Counted from the first letter of the stretch, positions 31,243-40,570 are shown. The stretch: 55,040 nt of DNA from Minisyncoccota bacterium (GCA_041665265.1 JBAYJE010000005.1:1-55040), one strand, 5' to 3'. Numbers and translations: made by a program. Notes: generated by a model not told the origin, from the letters alone.

Positions 31243-31813
31243 TGTCTCCCGAGCCCACCTGAAGAATGAATGTGTTTTTATCGGTAGGGAGCTTAAAGAG
31301 AAGAGCCCCACTTACTGCACTCTTAGGTGGCATAGAAGAAAATGAGCCAATCACTTGCGAGCTTTTTTGGTTATTACCATCGAGGTTTAATACTTGAATA
31401 AGGTCATCAAAGGAAATGGCGGTATAGGATGATGCTTGTGCGGTAAATATCTTTACTCCAATACGTATGGTGCCATCCGAAAGTTTTGTGGCGCGTTCTA
31501 TGGTAACCGTAAGAGGTGATTGAGGAGAAAGTGCTGAACTTGAAGGAGTTTCAAAGAGAATTGCAGAGGATATTACAATACCGCCTTCTTCTGGTTCGGC
31601 AGGAGGAGTTGAAGTTGGGATAGGTGAGGAAATTGTCTCCGTGCCCGGTGTTTGAGGTGTTGTGACAGCCTGATTCTTCATTTCAAGAGTGAGTTCAACA
31701 TTTTTTACACTACTCGAAAGCATGGACATCTTATCAAAGACAATATAGAACCCCGTCATTACGAGGAATGCAAAGAGAATGAGAATAACATAGATTATTT
31801 TTTCGTTGCGCAT
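31181..31813 (-). CDS. membrane-anchored secreted hypothetical protein
   Basis: N-terminal TM helix, a Thr/Pro/Ser linker and a beta-rich C-domain. I call the start at MRNEKIIYV. Confidence 0.55.
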   Translation of the reverse strand: MRNEKIIYVILILFAFLVMTGFYIVFDKMSMLSSSVKNVELTLEMKNQAVTTPQTPGTETISSPIPTSTPPAEPEEGGIVISSAILFETPSSSALSPQSPLTVTIERATKLSDGTIRIGVKIFTAQASSYTAISFDDLIQVLNLDGNNQKSSQVIGSFSSMPPKSAVSGALLFKLPTDKNTFILQVGSGDTMKFYEFDFGKKIYKETVIG

Positions 31814-31865
31814 GACTTTATTATACACTTCGATTGCTTATGAGTGTGGTATAGTGGAAATATCT

Positions 31866-32492
31866 ATGAATCCAGTTTTATTTATTTTTCAGATGATTGT
31901 GCTTGTGTTCTCGGTTATTATTCATGAGGTGTCTCATGGATTTGTTGCAGAAAAATTTGGAGATTCAACCGCACGACGTATGGGACGACTTACGTTGAAC
32001 CCCTTAAAACACATTGATCCATTTGGTTCTATTATCTTGCCGCTTCTTATGGCACTTGTGCCTGGAGGAGTAGTGTTTGGATGGGCAAAGCCTGTGCCAG
32101 TAAATACTACAAGTCTTAAAAACCCAGAGCGCGATATGGCATACATTGCAGCAGCAGGACCTTTGAGTAACCTTACCCTCGCGCTTGTGTTTGCTCTTTT
32201 GTATCGTGCACTTTTAGTCTTTTTTTTGCCTACGACCTACACAATGGTACTTGGTGATTTTTTCAGCCTTATCGCAATTACGAACATCTCGCTTGCGATT
32301 TTCAATTTAGTGCCGATTCCGCCACTCGATGGTTCAAATGTGCTCTTTGCACTCTTGCCAAAATCTGCACACGAGGTACGCGCATTTCTTACTCAGTATG
32401 GTTTTTTTCTTCTTCTTGGATTCATTTTCTTTGGTATTGAACTTATTAGTCCTGTTATCTTTTTCTTCTATAAATTATTTTTTGGTCTCTAG
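31866..32492 (+). CDS. site-2 protease family (M50) zinc metalloprotease
   Basis: HEVSHGF (HExxH) in a TM helix, and NLVPIPPLDGS. I call the start at MNPVLFIF. Confidence 0.8.
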   Translation: MNPVLFIFQMIVLVFSVIIHEVSHGFVAEKFGDSTARRMGRLTLNPLKHIDPFGSIILPLLMALVPGGVVFGWAKPVPVNTTSLKNPERDMAYIAAAGPLSNLTLALVFALLYRALLVFFLPTTYTMVLGDFFSLIAITNISLAIFNLVPIPPLDGSNVLFALLPKSAHEVRAFLTQYGFFLLLGFIFFGIELISPVIFFFYKLFFGL

Positions 32493-32518
32493 TCTCTTTG
32501 TGGGGATGGTGGGGTTGA

Positions 32519-32638
32519 CCCCGTTAGAGGTGTCATATTGCAATCATGAAATGTTTTAATTATTTTGTTGTTTTGTTTATAAATGTTATGTAGAGTAAAT
32601 GAACAACGGGTGCCATAAGCACCCTGCTTCTAACGGGG
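32519..32638. repeat. 10-bp inverted repeat CCCCGTTAGA / TCTAACGGGG bracketing the rpsL upstream region
   Basis: The arms are at 32519-32528 and 32629-32638. Each is adjacent to a GGGGTTGAC copy (32511-19 and 32635-43). The same 9-mer pair occurs upstream of secY. Confidence 0.85.
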
Positions 32639-32667
32639 TTGACGATTTTTACGATGCCCTCTATACT
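32639..32667 (+). promoter_or_regulatory. near-consensus sigma70 promoter 12 nt upstream of the rpsL ATG
   Basis: TTGACG-17 nt-TATACT. Confidence 0.6.
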
Positions 32668-32679
32668 AATTTCTGTTTT

Positions 32680-33093
32680 ATGCCAACCATTGGACAACTT
32701 ATAAGAACCGGACGTACGAGTAAAAAAGGTAAAGACAAGACCCCTGGTCTTGGTTATTATTTTAACTATTTAAAAAATCGCCCCGTGAATTCCGCATCGC
32801 CATTTAAACGTGGCGTATGTCTCAAAGTATTCACGACCACACCAAAGAAGCCAAACTCCGCACTTCGTAAGGTGGCACGTATCCGACTTACCAACGGTAT
32901 GGAAGTCACTGCTTATATTCCTGGAGAAGGGCATAACCTTCAAGAGCACTCCGTAGTAATGATTCGTGGCGGCCGTGTAAAAGATCTTCCGGGTGTACGT
33001 TATCACATCGTTCGTGGTGTTCTCGATACGTCTGGCGTAGATCGCACTGCACAGAGGTCAAAGTATGGCGCAAAGAAAAAGAAGGCAAAATAA
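32680..33093 (+). CDS. rpsL: 30S ribosomal protein S12
   Basis: MPTIGQLIR...[19 protein letters not shown]...[26 protein letters not shown]. Confidence 0.97.
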   Translation: MPTIGQLIRTGRTSKKGKDKTPGLGYYFNYLKNRPVNSASPFKRGVCLKVFTTTPKKPNSALRKVARIRLTNGMEVTAYIPGEGHNLQEHSVVMIRGGRVKDLPGVRYHIVRGVLDTSGVDRTAQRSKYGAKKKKAK

Positions 33094-33096
33094 ATC

Positions 33097-33576
33097 ATGA
33101 GGAAAAGAGGATATTTCAAAAAAAGAGAATTTTTACCTGACACAAAATATAATCGTACTGACGTCGGCCGATTTATTAATTATATGATGATGGGTGGCAA
33201 GAAGAATGCGGCAGAACAGGTTATTTATGAAGCATTTGCGAAGATTGAAGAGGTAACCAAAGAAGATCCTATCAAGACTTTTGAAAAGGCACTCGAGAAT
33301 GCAAACCCTCTTCTTGAGGTAGTATCAAAGCGTATCGGTGGTGCAAACTACCAGATTCCTCGCGAAGTACGTCCTGAGAGACAGTTTTTCCTTGCAACTC
33401 ATTGGATTATTAATGCCGCGAAAGGAAAAAAGGGAAAGCCAATGGGCGAGAGACTCGCAGAAGAGCTTCTTATGGCCGCAAAGAACGAAGGAAGCGCCAT
33501 TAAAAAGAAACAGGACACTCATCGTATGGCAGAGGCAAACCGCGCGTTTGCATCACTTATGCGCTCGTCCTCCTAA
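33097..33576 (+). CDS. rpsG: 30S ribosomal protein S7
   Basis: [14 protein letters not shown]..., [19 protein letters not shown], and position after rpsL. Confidence 0.95.
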   Translation: MRKRGYFKKREFLPDTKYNRTDVGRFINYMMMGGKKNAAEQVIYEAFAKIEEVTKEDPIKTFEKALENANPLLEVVSKRIGGANYQIPREVRPERQFFLATHWIINAAKGKKGKPMGERLAEELLMAAKNEGSAIKKKQDTHRMAEANRAFASLMRSSS

Positions 33577-33588
33577 GAGTCGAAGTAC

Positions 33589-33614
33589 ATCGGCTCATAC
33601 GAGGGCCGATTTTT
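33589..33614 (+). terminator. hairpin plus T-run between rpsG and fusA (terminator or attenuator)
   Basis: Stem ATCGGC/GCCGAT followed by TTTT. Confidence 0.5.
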
Positions 33615-33629
33615 ATAAATTATTATTTT

Positions 33630-35744
33630 ATGCCACGGGAATATCCTATTGAAAACGTAAGAGATATCGGTATTATCGCGCACATCGATGCAGGCAAAAC
33701 CACTGTATCGGAGCGTGTTCTTTTTTATACTGGTGTCTCTCACAAAATTGGTGAAGTGCATGAAGGTGAGGCGGTTATGGACTGGATGGATCAGGAGCGT
33801 GAGCGTGGTATTACGATTACCTCAGCGGCCACAACTTGCTTCTGGACGCCTTCGTACGTTCCTTTAGAAAAGAAAAAAGAATTTGGATATCGCATCAATC
33901 TTATTGATACTCCAGGACATATTGATTTTACCGTTGAGGTAAAGCGTTCACTTCGTGTACTCGATGGAGCAGTGGTGGTATTTGATGGAGTGTCTGGTGT
34001 AGAGCCACAGTCAGAAACAAACTGGCGTTATGCGGACGAGTATAATGTACCGCGTATTTGTTTTATTAATAAACTTGATCGTATGGGTGCGAGTTTTGAA
34101 AATAGTTTTAATTCGATTATTGAGCGTCTTACCCCTAATGCAATTCCGATACAGCTCCCGATTGGACTCGAGGAACACTTAAAAGGTGTGGTGGATCTCA
34201 TTGGTAACAAGGCATACCTTTTTGAAGGAGAGCGCGGAGAAAAAATTATTGAAACCCCAATTCCTGATGATATGAAGGAGATGGTGAGCAAGAAGCGTCA
34301 TGAGATTGTAGAGAAGATTGCAGAAACTGATGATGAGCTTATTTCTAAATTTTTGGATGGAGTAGAGCCAACCATTCCTGAACTTAAGAAAGCACTTCGC
34401 GCGGCCACATTAAAAGTAAAATTAGTGCCCGTACTTTGTGGTTCTGCATTGAAAAATAAAGGCGTGCAATTTATGTTGGATGCAGTTATTGATTATCTTC
34501 CATCTCCTATCGATCTTCCTCCTACAAAGAGTATTAATGCTGACACGCATGCAGAAGCATTTCATCACCCTGATGACAATGAGCCTTTGACTGCACTTGC
34601 CTTTAAAATCGCAACCGATCCTTTCGTGGGTTCACTCACATTCTTCCGTGTGTATTCAGGAACTTTGAAACGTGGCAGTTATATTTTGAATGCAACAAAA
34701 AATACCCAGGAACGCATTGGCCGCATCGTGCGTATGCACGCGAACCATCGCGAAGAGGTGGAAGAAATTTATGCAGGTGATATTGGTGCACTTGTGGGAT
34801 TGAAAGATACGACAACAGGAGACACTTTAACTGACCCAGAGCACCCAACTATTTTGGAGCGCATTGTTTTCCCAGAGCCTGTTATCTCAATGCGTATTGA
34901 GCCTAAAACAAAAGCTGACCAGGAGAAGATGGGTATCGCACTCCATAAACTTGCGGAAGAAGATCCAACCTTCCGCGTGGCGGGTGATGTGGAAACGGGA
35001 GAAACTATTATTTCTGGTATGGGAGAGCTTCAGCTTGAAGTACTTGTAGAGCGTATGAAGCGCGAATTTAAAGTGGAGGCAAACGTAGGCCGTCCACAAG
35101 TTGCGTATAAAGAAACCATTAAAGGAAAGGGTGATGCAGAAGGAAAATATATTCGTCAGTCTGGTGGTAAGGGTCAGTATGGTCACGCGAAATTGAGAAT
35201 TGAACCTATGGAACGCGGTACCGGATTTGAATTCGTAGATGAAATTAAAGGAGGTTCTGTTCCTCAGGAATTTATTAAACCTATTGAAAAGGGTGTTGAA
35301 GAAGCTGCGCAACGTGGCGTGGTTGCGGGATATCCAGTGGTAGACATTAAAGTGACTCTTTATGATGGATCGTTCCATGAAGTGGACTCTTCTGAATTCG
35401 CGTTTAAGATTGCCGGTTCCATGGCATTCCAAGAAGCAGTACGACAAGCAAAGCCAATTATTTTGGAGCCAGTTATGAAAATTCAAGCAATCGCACCAAC
35501 CAATTTTCTTGGAGATATTACAGGAGATTTGAGTTCACGTCGTGCAAGAATTTCAGCAATGGGGGAGCGTGGTAATTTGCGTATTATTGATGCGACTGTT
35601 CCTTTGGCAGAAATGTTCGGGTATGTCACAAACCTTCGTTCAATTACGCAGGGACGTGGAAGCTTTAACATGGAATTTTCTCATTATGAGGAAGTGCCAA
35701 ACAATGTTGCTCAGACCATCATCGAAGGAAAGGCAAAGAAATAA
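33630..35744 (+). CDS. fusA: elongation factor G
   Basis: [27 protein letters not shown], and full-length collinearity with EF-G. Confidence 0.97.
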   Translation: MPREYPIENVRDIGIIAHIDAGKTTVSERVLFYTGVSHKIGEVHEGEAVMDWMDQERERGITITSAATTCFWTPSYVPLEKKKEFGYRINLIDTPGHIDFTVEVKRSLRVLDGAVVVFDGVSGVEPQSETNWRYADEYNVPRICFINKLDRMGASFENSFNSIIERLTPNAIPIQLPIGLEEHLKGVVDLIGNKAYLFEGERGEKIIETPIPDDMKEMVSKKRHEIVEKIAETDDELISKFLDGVEPTIPELKKALRAATLKVKLVPVLCGSALKNKGVQFMLDAVIDYLPSPIDLPPTKSINADTHAEAFHHPDDNEPLTALAFKIATDPFVGSLTFFRVYSGTLKRGSYILNATKNTQERIGRIVRMHANHREEVEEIYAGDIGALVGLKDTTTGDTLTDPEHPTILERIVFPEPVISMRIEPKTKADQEKMGIALHKLAEEDPTFRVAGDVETGETIISGMGELQLEVLVERMKREFKVEANVGRPQVAYKETIKGKGDAEGKYIRQSGGKGQYGHAKLRIEPMERGTGFEFVDEIKGGSVPQEFIKPIEKGVEEAAQRGVVAGYPVVDIKVTLYDGSFHEVDSSEFAFKIAGSMAFQEAVRQAKPIILEPVMKIQAIAPTNFLGDITGDLSSRRARISAMGERGNLRIIDATVPLAEMFGYVTNLRSITQGRGSFNMEFSHYEEVPNNVAQTIIEGKAKK

Positions 35745-35762
35745 AAAGCATTATATTTTTGC

Positions 35763-35790
35763 AAAACGCCGCTTCAAGCGGTGTTTTGTT
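35763..35790 (+). terminator. intrinsic terminator after fusA
   Basis: 11-bp stem (one G-U) AAAACGCCGCT/AGCGGTGTTTT. Confidence 0.75.
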
Positions 35791-35807
35791 TGTAGTATAA
35801 TTATGAT

Positions 35808-36773
35808 ATGAAAAACCTAACTCAATTCCTTGCAGTATGCATGGTTATTTTGGTTTTCGGAGCATCGTCGATTGCTTCGGCTCAGGTTTCTACTTCTGTT
35901 TCTACTTCTACATTTTCCAATCTTGGCACTTTGCCAGATAGTTCTTTTTATTTTTTAAAATCGTGGAAAGAACAAATCCAACTTTTTTTCACGTTTGATA
36001 TGGAAAAGAAAGCTGAACAATATTTACACCTTGCTGATGTGAGATTAGCCGAGTATCAAAAAATGATTGAGAAGGGAAAACAAGCGATTGCGGAAAAAAC
36101 GTTGACGAAGTACGAGAATCAATTAACTCGCGCATTGGAAAAGGCAGAGGAGCTTAAAACAAAGAGCAATGAGAAAGCAAACAATGTAAGAGCTAAAATA
36201 GAAGAGGTCTCTACAAAGCATGTTCGGATTCTTCAAGAAAATTTTGCAAAAGCATCTGAAGGTGCAAAACAAGGACTGGAACGAGCACTTGAAGCTTCAA
36301 GAAAAGGAATTGAGAAAATTCAAGAAAAAGATAAGAGCGAAAATGAAGAATCAACTTCAACTTCCGTCTCAACTACTTCTCGTTTCAATTTCACTTTTAA
36401 ATATGGTGTTGGAGCAATAAATGAATTGAATACTTTTGATAAAACCTTCACAAAGGACATGATTATGGGGTCCCCAATAAAAGTAAACTTAAAATTATCT
36501 GAGAATGAACTTAATAATATTTATGAGAAAATAAATGAACTAAGATTGTTTAGTAAAAGCCCCGAATCTTCTCAGGCTAATGCGTTTGTTACTCCTTGCT
36601 CCAGTTATTCTTTGAAAGTGCAGGAAAATACTGATCAGAAAGAATTATCTTGGAATAATTGTCGTGGGAAAATTAGTGACGAGTTTCAACAATTTAGTAA
36701 TTTTGTTGTTTCTCTTATTGAATCAAAAGAAGAATATAAGAATTTACCAGTTGCAAAGGGAGGGTATCAATAA
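35808..36773 (+). CDS. secreted coiled-coil protein (DUF5667-like N-domain)
   Basis: Signal peptide, then LPDSSFYFLKSWKEQIQLFFTFDMEKKAEQYLHLADVRLAE, as I recall for DUF5667. A TATAAT sits 6 nt before the ATG. Confidence 0.6.
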   Translation: MKNLTQFLAVCMVILVFGASSIASAQVSTSVSTSTFSNLGTLPDSSFYFLKSWKEQIQLFFTFDMEKKAEQYLHLADVRLAEYQKMIEKGKQAIAEKTLTKYENQLTRALEKAEELKTKSNEKANNVRAKIEEVSTKHVRILQENFAKASEGAKQGLERALEASRKGIEKIQEKDKSENEESTSTSVSTTSRFNFTFKYGVGAINELNTFDKTFTKDMIMGSPIKVNLKLSENELNNIYEKINELRLFSKSPESSQANAFVTPCSSYSLKVQENTDQKELSWNNCRGKISDEFQQFSNFVVSLIESKEEYKNLPVAKGGYQ

Positions 36774-36781
36774 AAAATTTC

Positions 36782-36958
36782 ATGAAAAAGATTTTACTTA
36801 GTATCGCAATTATTATTGTGGCTTTGATTGTTGCTCTCTTTATTTATTCTGCAATTACGAATTCAATTTTGAAGCGTTGTGAAAATACTTCTCCTCTTCC
36901 GGGCCGCGCAATGATGCAATGTAATTGGTTTTGGCAACAAACGCGTCCTTTGGTTTGA
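36782..36958 (+). CDS. small membrane protein (58 aa), unknown
   Basis: MKKILLSIAIIIVALIVALFIYSAI... with one TM helix. It starts 9 nt after the previous stop and is below the ORF-track cutoff. Confidence 0.4.
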   Translation: MKKILLSIAIIIVALIVALFIYSAITNSILKRCENTSPLPGRAMMQCNWFWQQTRPLV

Positions 36959-36988
36959 AAATAATCAGTTGAAGGATATAATGGCGCA

Positions 36989-37663
36989 ATGGATAAAAAA
37001 CATTCCGCAGTAACTAAAATAGCAGCAGGAGCATTTATTTTTGGTGTGATAATTGCGTATGTAGCATTTTCTGAGAAAAATGTACCGAAGAACGAAGAGC
37101 AACAAGAAAATATTGCTGCAACTTCGACTTCTGACGTAGCTATTTCAACTTCGATACTTCCTTTTGCACCAACATCGACGGTAAAAAATGAGAGCGCACC
37201 AAAACCAATAGCGTGGAAGACATACGCAGATCCAAGCTATGGATTTTCGTTTCAATATCCTGCTGCATCAAAATTACTTTTCTCATCCTCAAGTAACTCA
37301 ATGGCAAATGCAGTGGCTATTGTAGTACAAGCAGAAAATATTGCTGCGGCAAATATTGGAAAATTAATAGAATTCAAAGTGTATGAGAAAGGAACATTTA
37401 CGCAATATACAGAGGCGTCAGCGTGTAAGTTATTTGCACATTCCGAACTTGTGATTGATGGGAAGACGATTGATATCGCAGAACATGAAAAGTGTCGCGG
37501 CGAAGAAGGCGTTATAAGCTCAACTCATTATATGCACGCAATTATTCCTCTTTCGGAGAATGAAATTATTGTTTTTACCGCAAGTTTGGGAGATATTCCA
37601 TTCGGAAAAGCTGATTTTGCGAAGTCAATTCTTGACACCTTTAAATTTATTCCAAGAGTGTAA
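36989..37663 (+). CDS. membrane-anchored secreted hypothetical protein
   Basis: TM anchor, a Ser/Thr linker and WKTYADPSYGFSFQYP, a motif common in small-genome secreted proteins. Confidence 0.55.
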   Translation: MDKKHSAVTKIAAGAFIFGVIIAYVAFSEKNVPKNEEQQENIAATSTSDVAISTSILPFAPTSTVKNESAPKPIAWKTYADPSYGFSFQYPAASKLLFSSSSNSMANAVAIVVQAENIAAANIGKLIEFKVYEKGTFTQYTEASACKLFAHSELVIDGKTIDIAEHEKCRGEEGVISSTHYMHAIIPLSENEIIVFTASLGDIPFGKADFAKSILDTFKFIPRV

Positions 37664-37789
37664 GAGTTGTTCAATAGCGGGTTGTATACAGGGTTGACTT
37701 TTTTAAAGGAATAAGTAAGAATTATCACTGCTTTTGGAAAACCCTAACTAGGTCGAAAAAAATAAAAAACCAAGCAAAAAACTAGTTAT

Positions 37790-38989
37790 ATGGCAGAAAA
37801 AGAAAAATTTGTTCGTTCGAAGCCTCACGTAAACGTGGGAACTATTGGACACGTTGACCACGGGAAGACAACTCTTACCGCGGCAATGACGCACGTCCTT
37901 TTTATGAAAGGTCTTGCAAAGAAGGAAGAGGGTGTCGATAACATCGACAATGCTCCTGAGGAAAAAGCGCGTGGTATTACCATCGCACTCCATCACTCAG
38001 AGTATGAGTCTGCAAAACGTCATTATGCACACATTGATGCACCAGGACACGCAGACTACATTAAGAACATGATTACGGGAGCTGCGCAGATGGATGGCGC
38101 AATTCTTGTGGTGGCAGCGACTGACGGCCCTATGCCTCAGACACGTGAGCACATCCTTTTGGCATACCAAGTTGGTGTACCAAACGTCGTAGTATTCTTG
38201 AATAAATGCGATATGGTGGATGATCCTGAACTCATCGATCTTGTTGAGTCAGAAGTTCGTGAGCTCTTGAAGAAGTATCACTATGACGGTGATAACACAC
38301 CCGTCATTCGTGGTTCAGCGTTGAAGGCACTTGAGACAAAGTCTGCAGATAGCCCTGAAGCAAAGCCAATTCTCGATCTTATCGAGGCCTTGGATAACTT
38401 TATTCCTGAGCCAGTTCGTGCAACTGACAAGCCTTTCCTTATGCCTATCGAAGATATCTTCTCGATTGAAGGCCGCGGTACTGTGTGTACTGGCCGTGCA
38501 GAACGTGGAATTCTTAAGGTGAACGAAGAAGTAGAAATCGTAGGATTGAAGCCTACCGTAAAGAGCACCGCAACAGGAATCGAAATGTTCCAGAAGCTTC
38601 TTGATGAAGCACGCGCAGGAGACAATGTTGGTATTCTTCTCCGTGGACTTAAGAAAGAAGATGTGGAGCGTGGTCAGGTTATTGTAAAACCAGGCTCAGT
38701 AACACCTCATACCGAATTTGAAGCAGAAGTTTATGTACTTTCAAAAGAGGAAGGCGGACGACATACCCCATTCTTTAAGGGATATAAGCCTCAGTTCTAC
38801 ATTCGTACTACGGACGTGACAGGAGAAGTGATTCTTCCTGCAGGTGTTGAAATGGTTATGCCAGGTGATACCGTTTCTATTACCGTAAAGCTTATTGCAC
38901 CAGTAGCTCTCGAAGAGAAGCAACGCTTTGCAATCCGTGAGGGTGGCAAGACGGTGGGTGCGGGTGCAGTAGTAAAAATCTTGAAATAA
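37790..38989 (+). CDS. tuf: elongation factor Tu
   Basis: [25 protein letters not shown], and full-length collinearity with EF-Tu. Confidence 0.98.
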   Translation: MAEKEKFVRSKPHVNVGTIGHVDHGKTTLTAAMTHVLFMKGLAKKEEGVDNIDNAPEEKARGITIALHHSEYESAKRHYAHIDAPGHADYIKNMITGAAQMDGAILVVAATDGPMPQTREHILLAYQVGVPNVVVFLNKCDMVDDPELIDLVESEVRELLKKYHYDGDNTPVIRGSALKALETKSADSPEAKPILDLIEALDNFIPEPVRATDKPFLMPIEDIFSIEGRGTVCTGRAERGILKVNEEVEIVGLKPTVKSTATGIEMFQKLLDEARAGDNVGILLRGLKKEDVERGQVIVKPGSVTPHTEFEAEVYVLSKEEGGRHTPFFKGYKPQFYIRTTDVTGEVILPAGVEMVMPGDTVSITVKLIAPVALEEKQRFAIREGGKTVGAGAVVKILK

Positions 38990-39019
38990 GGACGGTCTCG
39001 CGCGAAAGCGCATTATGCT

Positions 39020-39352
39020 ATGGCAAAAAAAGACGAGCAACTTCAAAAAGAAAAATTACGCCTTCGTATAAAATCGTACGATGCAAAACTCATTGATAAC
39101 TCTGTGAGGCAGATTATTGAAGCGATAAAGCGACAGGGTGGGGACGTGGTAGGTCCCATCCCGTTGCCGACTGAGTTCAAAAAATACTCAGTTAATCGTT
39201 CAACCTTTGTGCATAAAAAGTCAGTCGATCAGTTCGAGCTGCGCGTGCACAAACGCCTCATAGATATCTTGAATCCTCAGCAAAAGATTATTGAATCGCT
39301 TACTGATTTGAATCTCCCTGCTGGTGTGGATGTTGAGATTAAGATGGGATAA
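39020..39352 (+). CDS. rpsJ: 30S ribosomal protein S10
   Basis: LRLRIKSYDAKLIDNSVRQI...GPIPLPT...SVDQFELRVHKRLIDI. Confidence 0.95.
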   Translation: MAKKDEQLQKEKLRLRIKSYDAKLIDNSVRQIIEAIKRQGGDVVGPIPLPTEFKKYSVNRSTFVHKKSVDQFELRVHKRLIDILNPQQKIIESLTDLNLPAGVDVEIKMG

Positions 39353-39464
39353 CAAGTTATTTCTTGAATGATTCTGGCATCGACCCCAGATTTCAGGAAA
39401 GAATTGACTTTCGTGCGTGAAATATAATAGGATAGTTAGGGTTCAGCCACATTTCATCTACGAA

Positions 39465-39492
39465 AAACAACAGGGCTCACCTCTGTTGTTTT
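39465..39492 (+). promoter_or_regulatory. hairpin plus U-tract in the 156-nt S10-L3 spacer (possible attenuator)
   Basis: 9-bp stem AAACAACAG/CTGTTGTTT, 9-nt loop, 17 nt before the rplC ATG. An isolated TATAAT lies at 39423-39428. Confidence 0.35.
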
Positions 39493-39508
39493 CATAAGAA
39501 ATCGTTCC

Positions 39509-39943
39509 ATGGAAAAAATAATCGCAAAAAAAATGAAAATGGCGCAGATTTGGAAAGACGGGAACGTCGTTCCTGTAACACCGCTTCTTTGCCAAACGGG
39601 CGATATTGACGCATTCCTCTCATCCCTTAAGGAAGGGGAGATGGTTGCGGTTTCTGGAACAAGTCGTGGTAAAGGTTTTCAGGGTGTAGTAAAGCGTCAT
39701 GGTTTTCATGGTGGTCCAAAAACTCACGGTCAAAAAGATAGACTACGTGCTCCTGGTTCTCTTGGTCCTACTGCACCACAGCGTGTGGTAAAGGGCAGGA
39801 AAATGGCAGGACACACTGGCAATAAACGTGTGACGGTAAAGAATCTTGTGGTTGCAAAAATTCAGCCAGAGGAAAAGATTGTCATGGTACGTGGTGCAGT
39901 TCCTGGTAATAAGGGAGGGAAGATTGAAATTCGAAATAAATAA
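39509..39943 (+). CDS. rplC: 50S ribosomal protein L3, unusually short (144 aa)
   Basis: The N-terminus MEKIIAKKMKMAQIW..VPVT and the C-terminal two-thirds GTSRGKGFQGVVKRHGF.GGP.THG...RAPGS.G....RV.KG.KMAGH.G...VTV.NL are L3. About 60 aa between them are missing relative to E. coli L3. Confidence 0.9.
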   Translation: MEKIIAKKMKMAQIWKDGNVVPVTPLLCQTGDIDAFLSSLKEGEMVAVSGTSRGKGFQGVVKRHGFHGGPKTHGQKDRLRAPGSLGPTAPQRVVKGRKMAGHTGNKRVTVKNLVVAKIQPEEKIVMVRGAVPGNKGGKIEIRNK

Positions 39944-39945
39944 CC

Positions 39946-40569
39946 ATGACTACTGATCTCTACAATCAAGAACATAAGAAAGTAGGCACAGTCACCTTAC
40001 CTGAGCCAGTTTTCAATTCACCATGGAATGCAGATCTCGTGCATCAAGTAGTAGTCGCTTATGAAGCAAATTTGCGCAAGCCTCTCGCTCATGTGAAAGG
40101 ACGCGCAGAAGTAAGCGGAGGAGGAAAGAAGCCATATGCGCAAAAGCATACTGGTCGCGCACGTCAGGGTTCAACACGCTCCCCAATTTGGAAAGGTGGT
40201 GGTGTGACTCATGGACCTACGGCCGAGAGAAATTTTTCAAAAAAAGTTAATAAAAAAATGAGACAGAGCGCACTCTTCTCGGTGCTTTCTAGAAAATTGC
40301 ATGAGGGTGAGGTGTTTGTGGTAGATTCACTTTCATTTGAAAAAGGAAAGACAAAAGAAGTTGCTTCAATGCTCACTCGTTTTTTCACGACAAAGCCGAA
40401 TGTGCTTTTCGTTTCAGAAAAGGGGAATGGTACATTAGTACGCACAGGACGAAACATTCCTAATGTAGACATTGTACGGGTAACTGGACTTACCGCATTT
40501 ACAGGATTACGACATAAGAACATCATCTTTGAAAAGGCCGCGCTTGATGAATTTGTTATGAATAAATAA
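39946..40569 (+). CDS. rplD: 50S ribosomal protein L4
   Basis: GGGKKPYAQKHTGRARQGSTRSPIWKGGGVTHGP, plus gene order. Confidence 0.95.
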   Translation: MTTDLYNQEHKKVGTVTLPEPVFNSPWNADLVHQVVVAYEANLRKPLAHVKGRAEVSGGGKKPYAQKHTGRARQGSTRSPIWKGGGVTHGPTAERNFSKKVNKKMRQSALFSVLSRKLHEGEVFVVDSLSFEKGKTKEVASMLTRFFTTKPNVLFVSEKGNGTLVRTGRNIPNVDIVRVTGLTAFTGLRHKNIIFEKAALDEFVMNK

Positions 40570-40570
40570 T

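Noticed and set aside
35886-35909. Tandem 12-nt repeat GTTTCTACTTCT x2, checked as a possible CRISPR or microsatellite.
   Set aside because: There are only two copies, inside a CDS, encoding VSTSVSTS in a Ser/Thr linker. I saw no repeat-spacer architecture anywhere in the window.
39404-39428. TTGACT ... TATAAT as an internal promoter for rplC.
   Set aside because: The spacer between the hexamers is only 13 nt, outside the functional 16-19-nt range. I retained only the isolated TATAAT as a weak possibility.
39353-39508. The idea that the short L3 results from a frameshifted or split gene with its N-terminal part in the S10-L3 spacer.
   Set aside because: There is an in-frame stop at 39437-39439. 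The ORF starting at 39509 already begins with the canonical L3 N-terminus, and the missing residues are internal.
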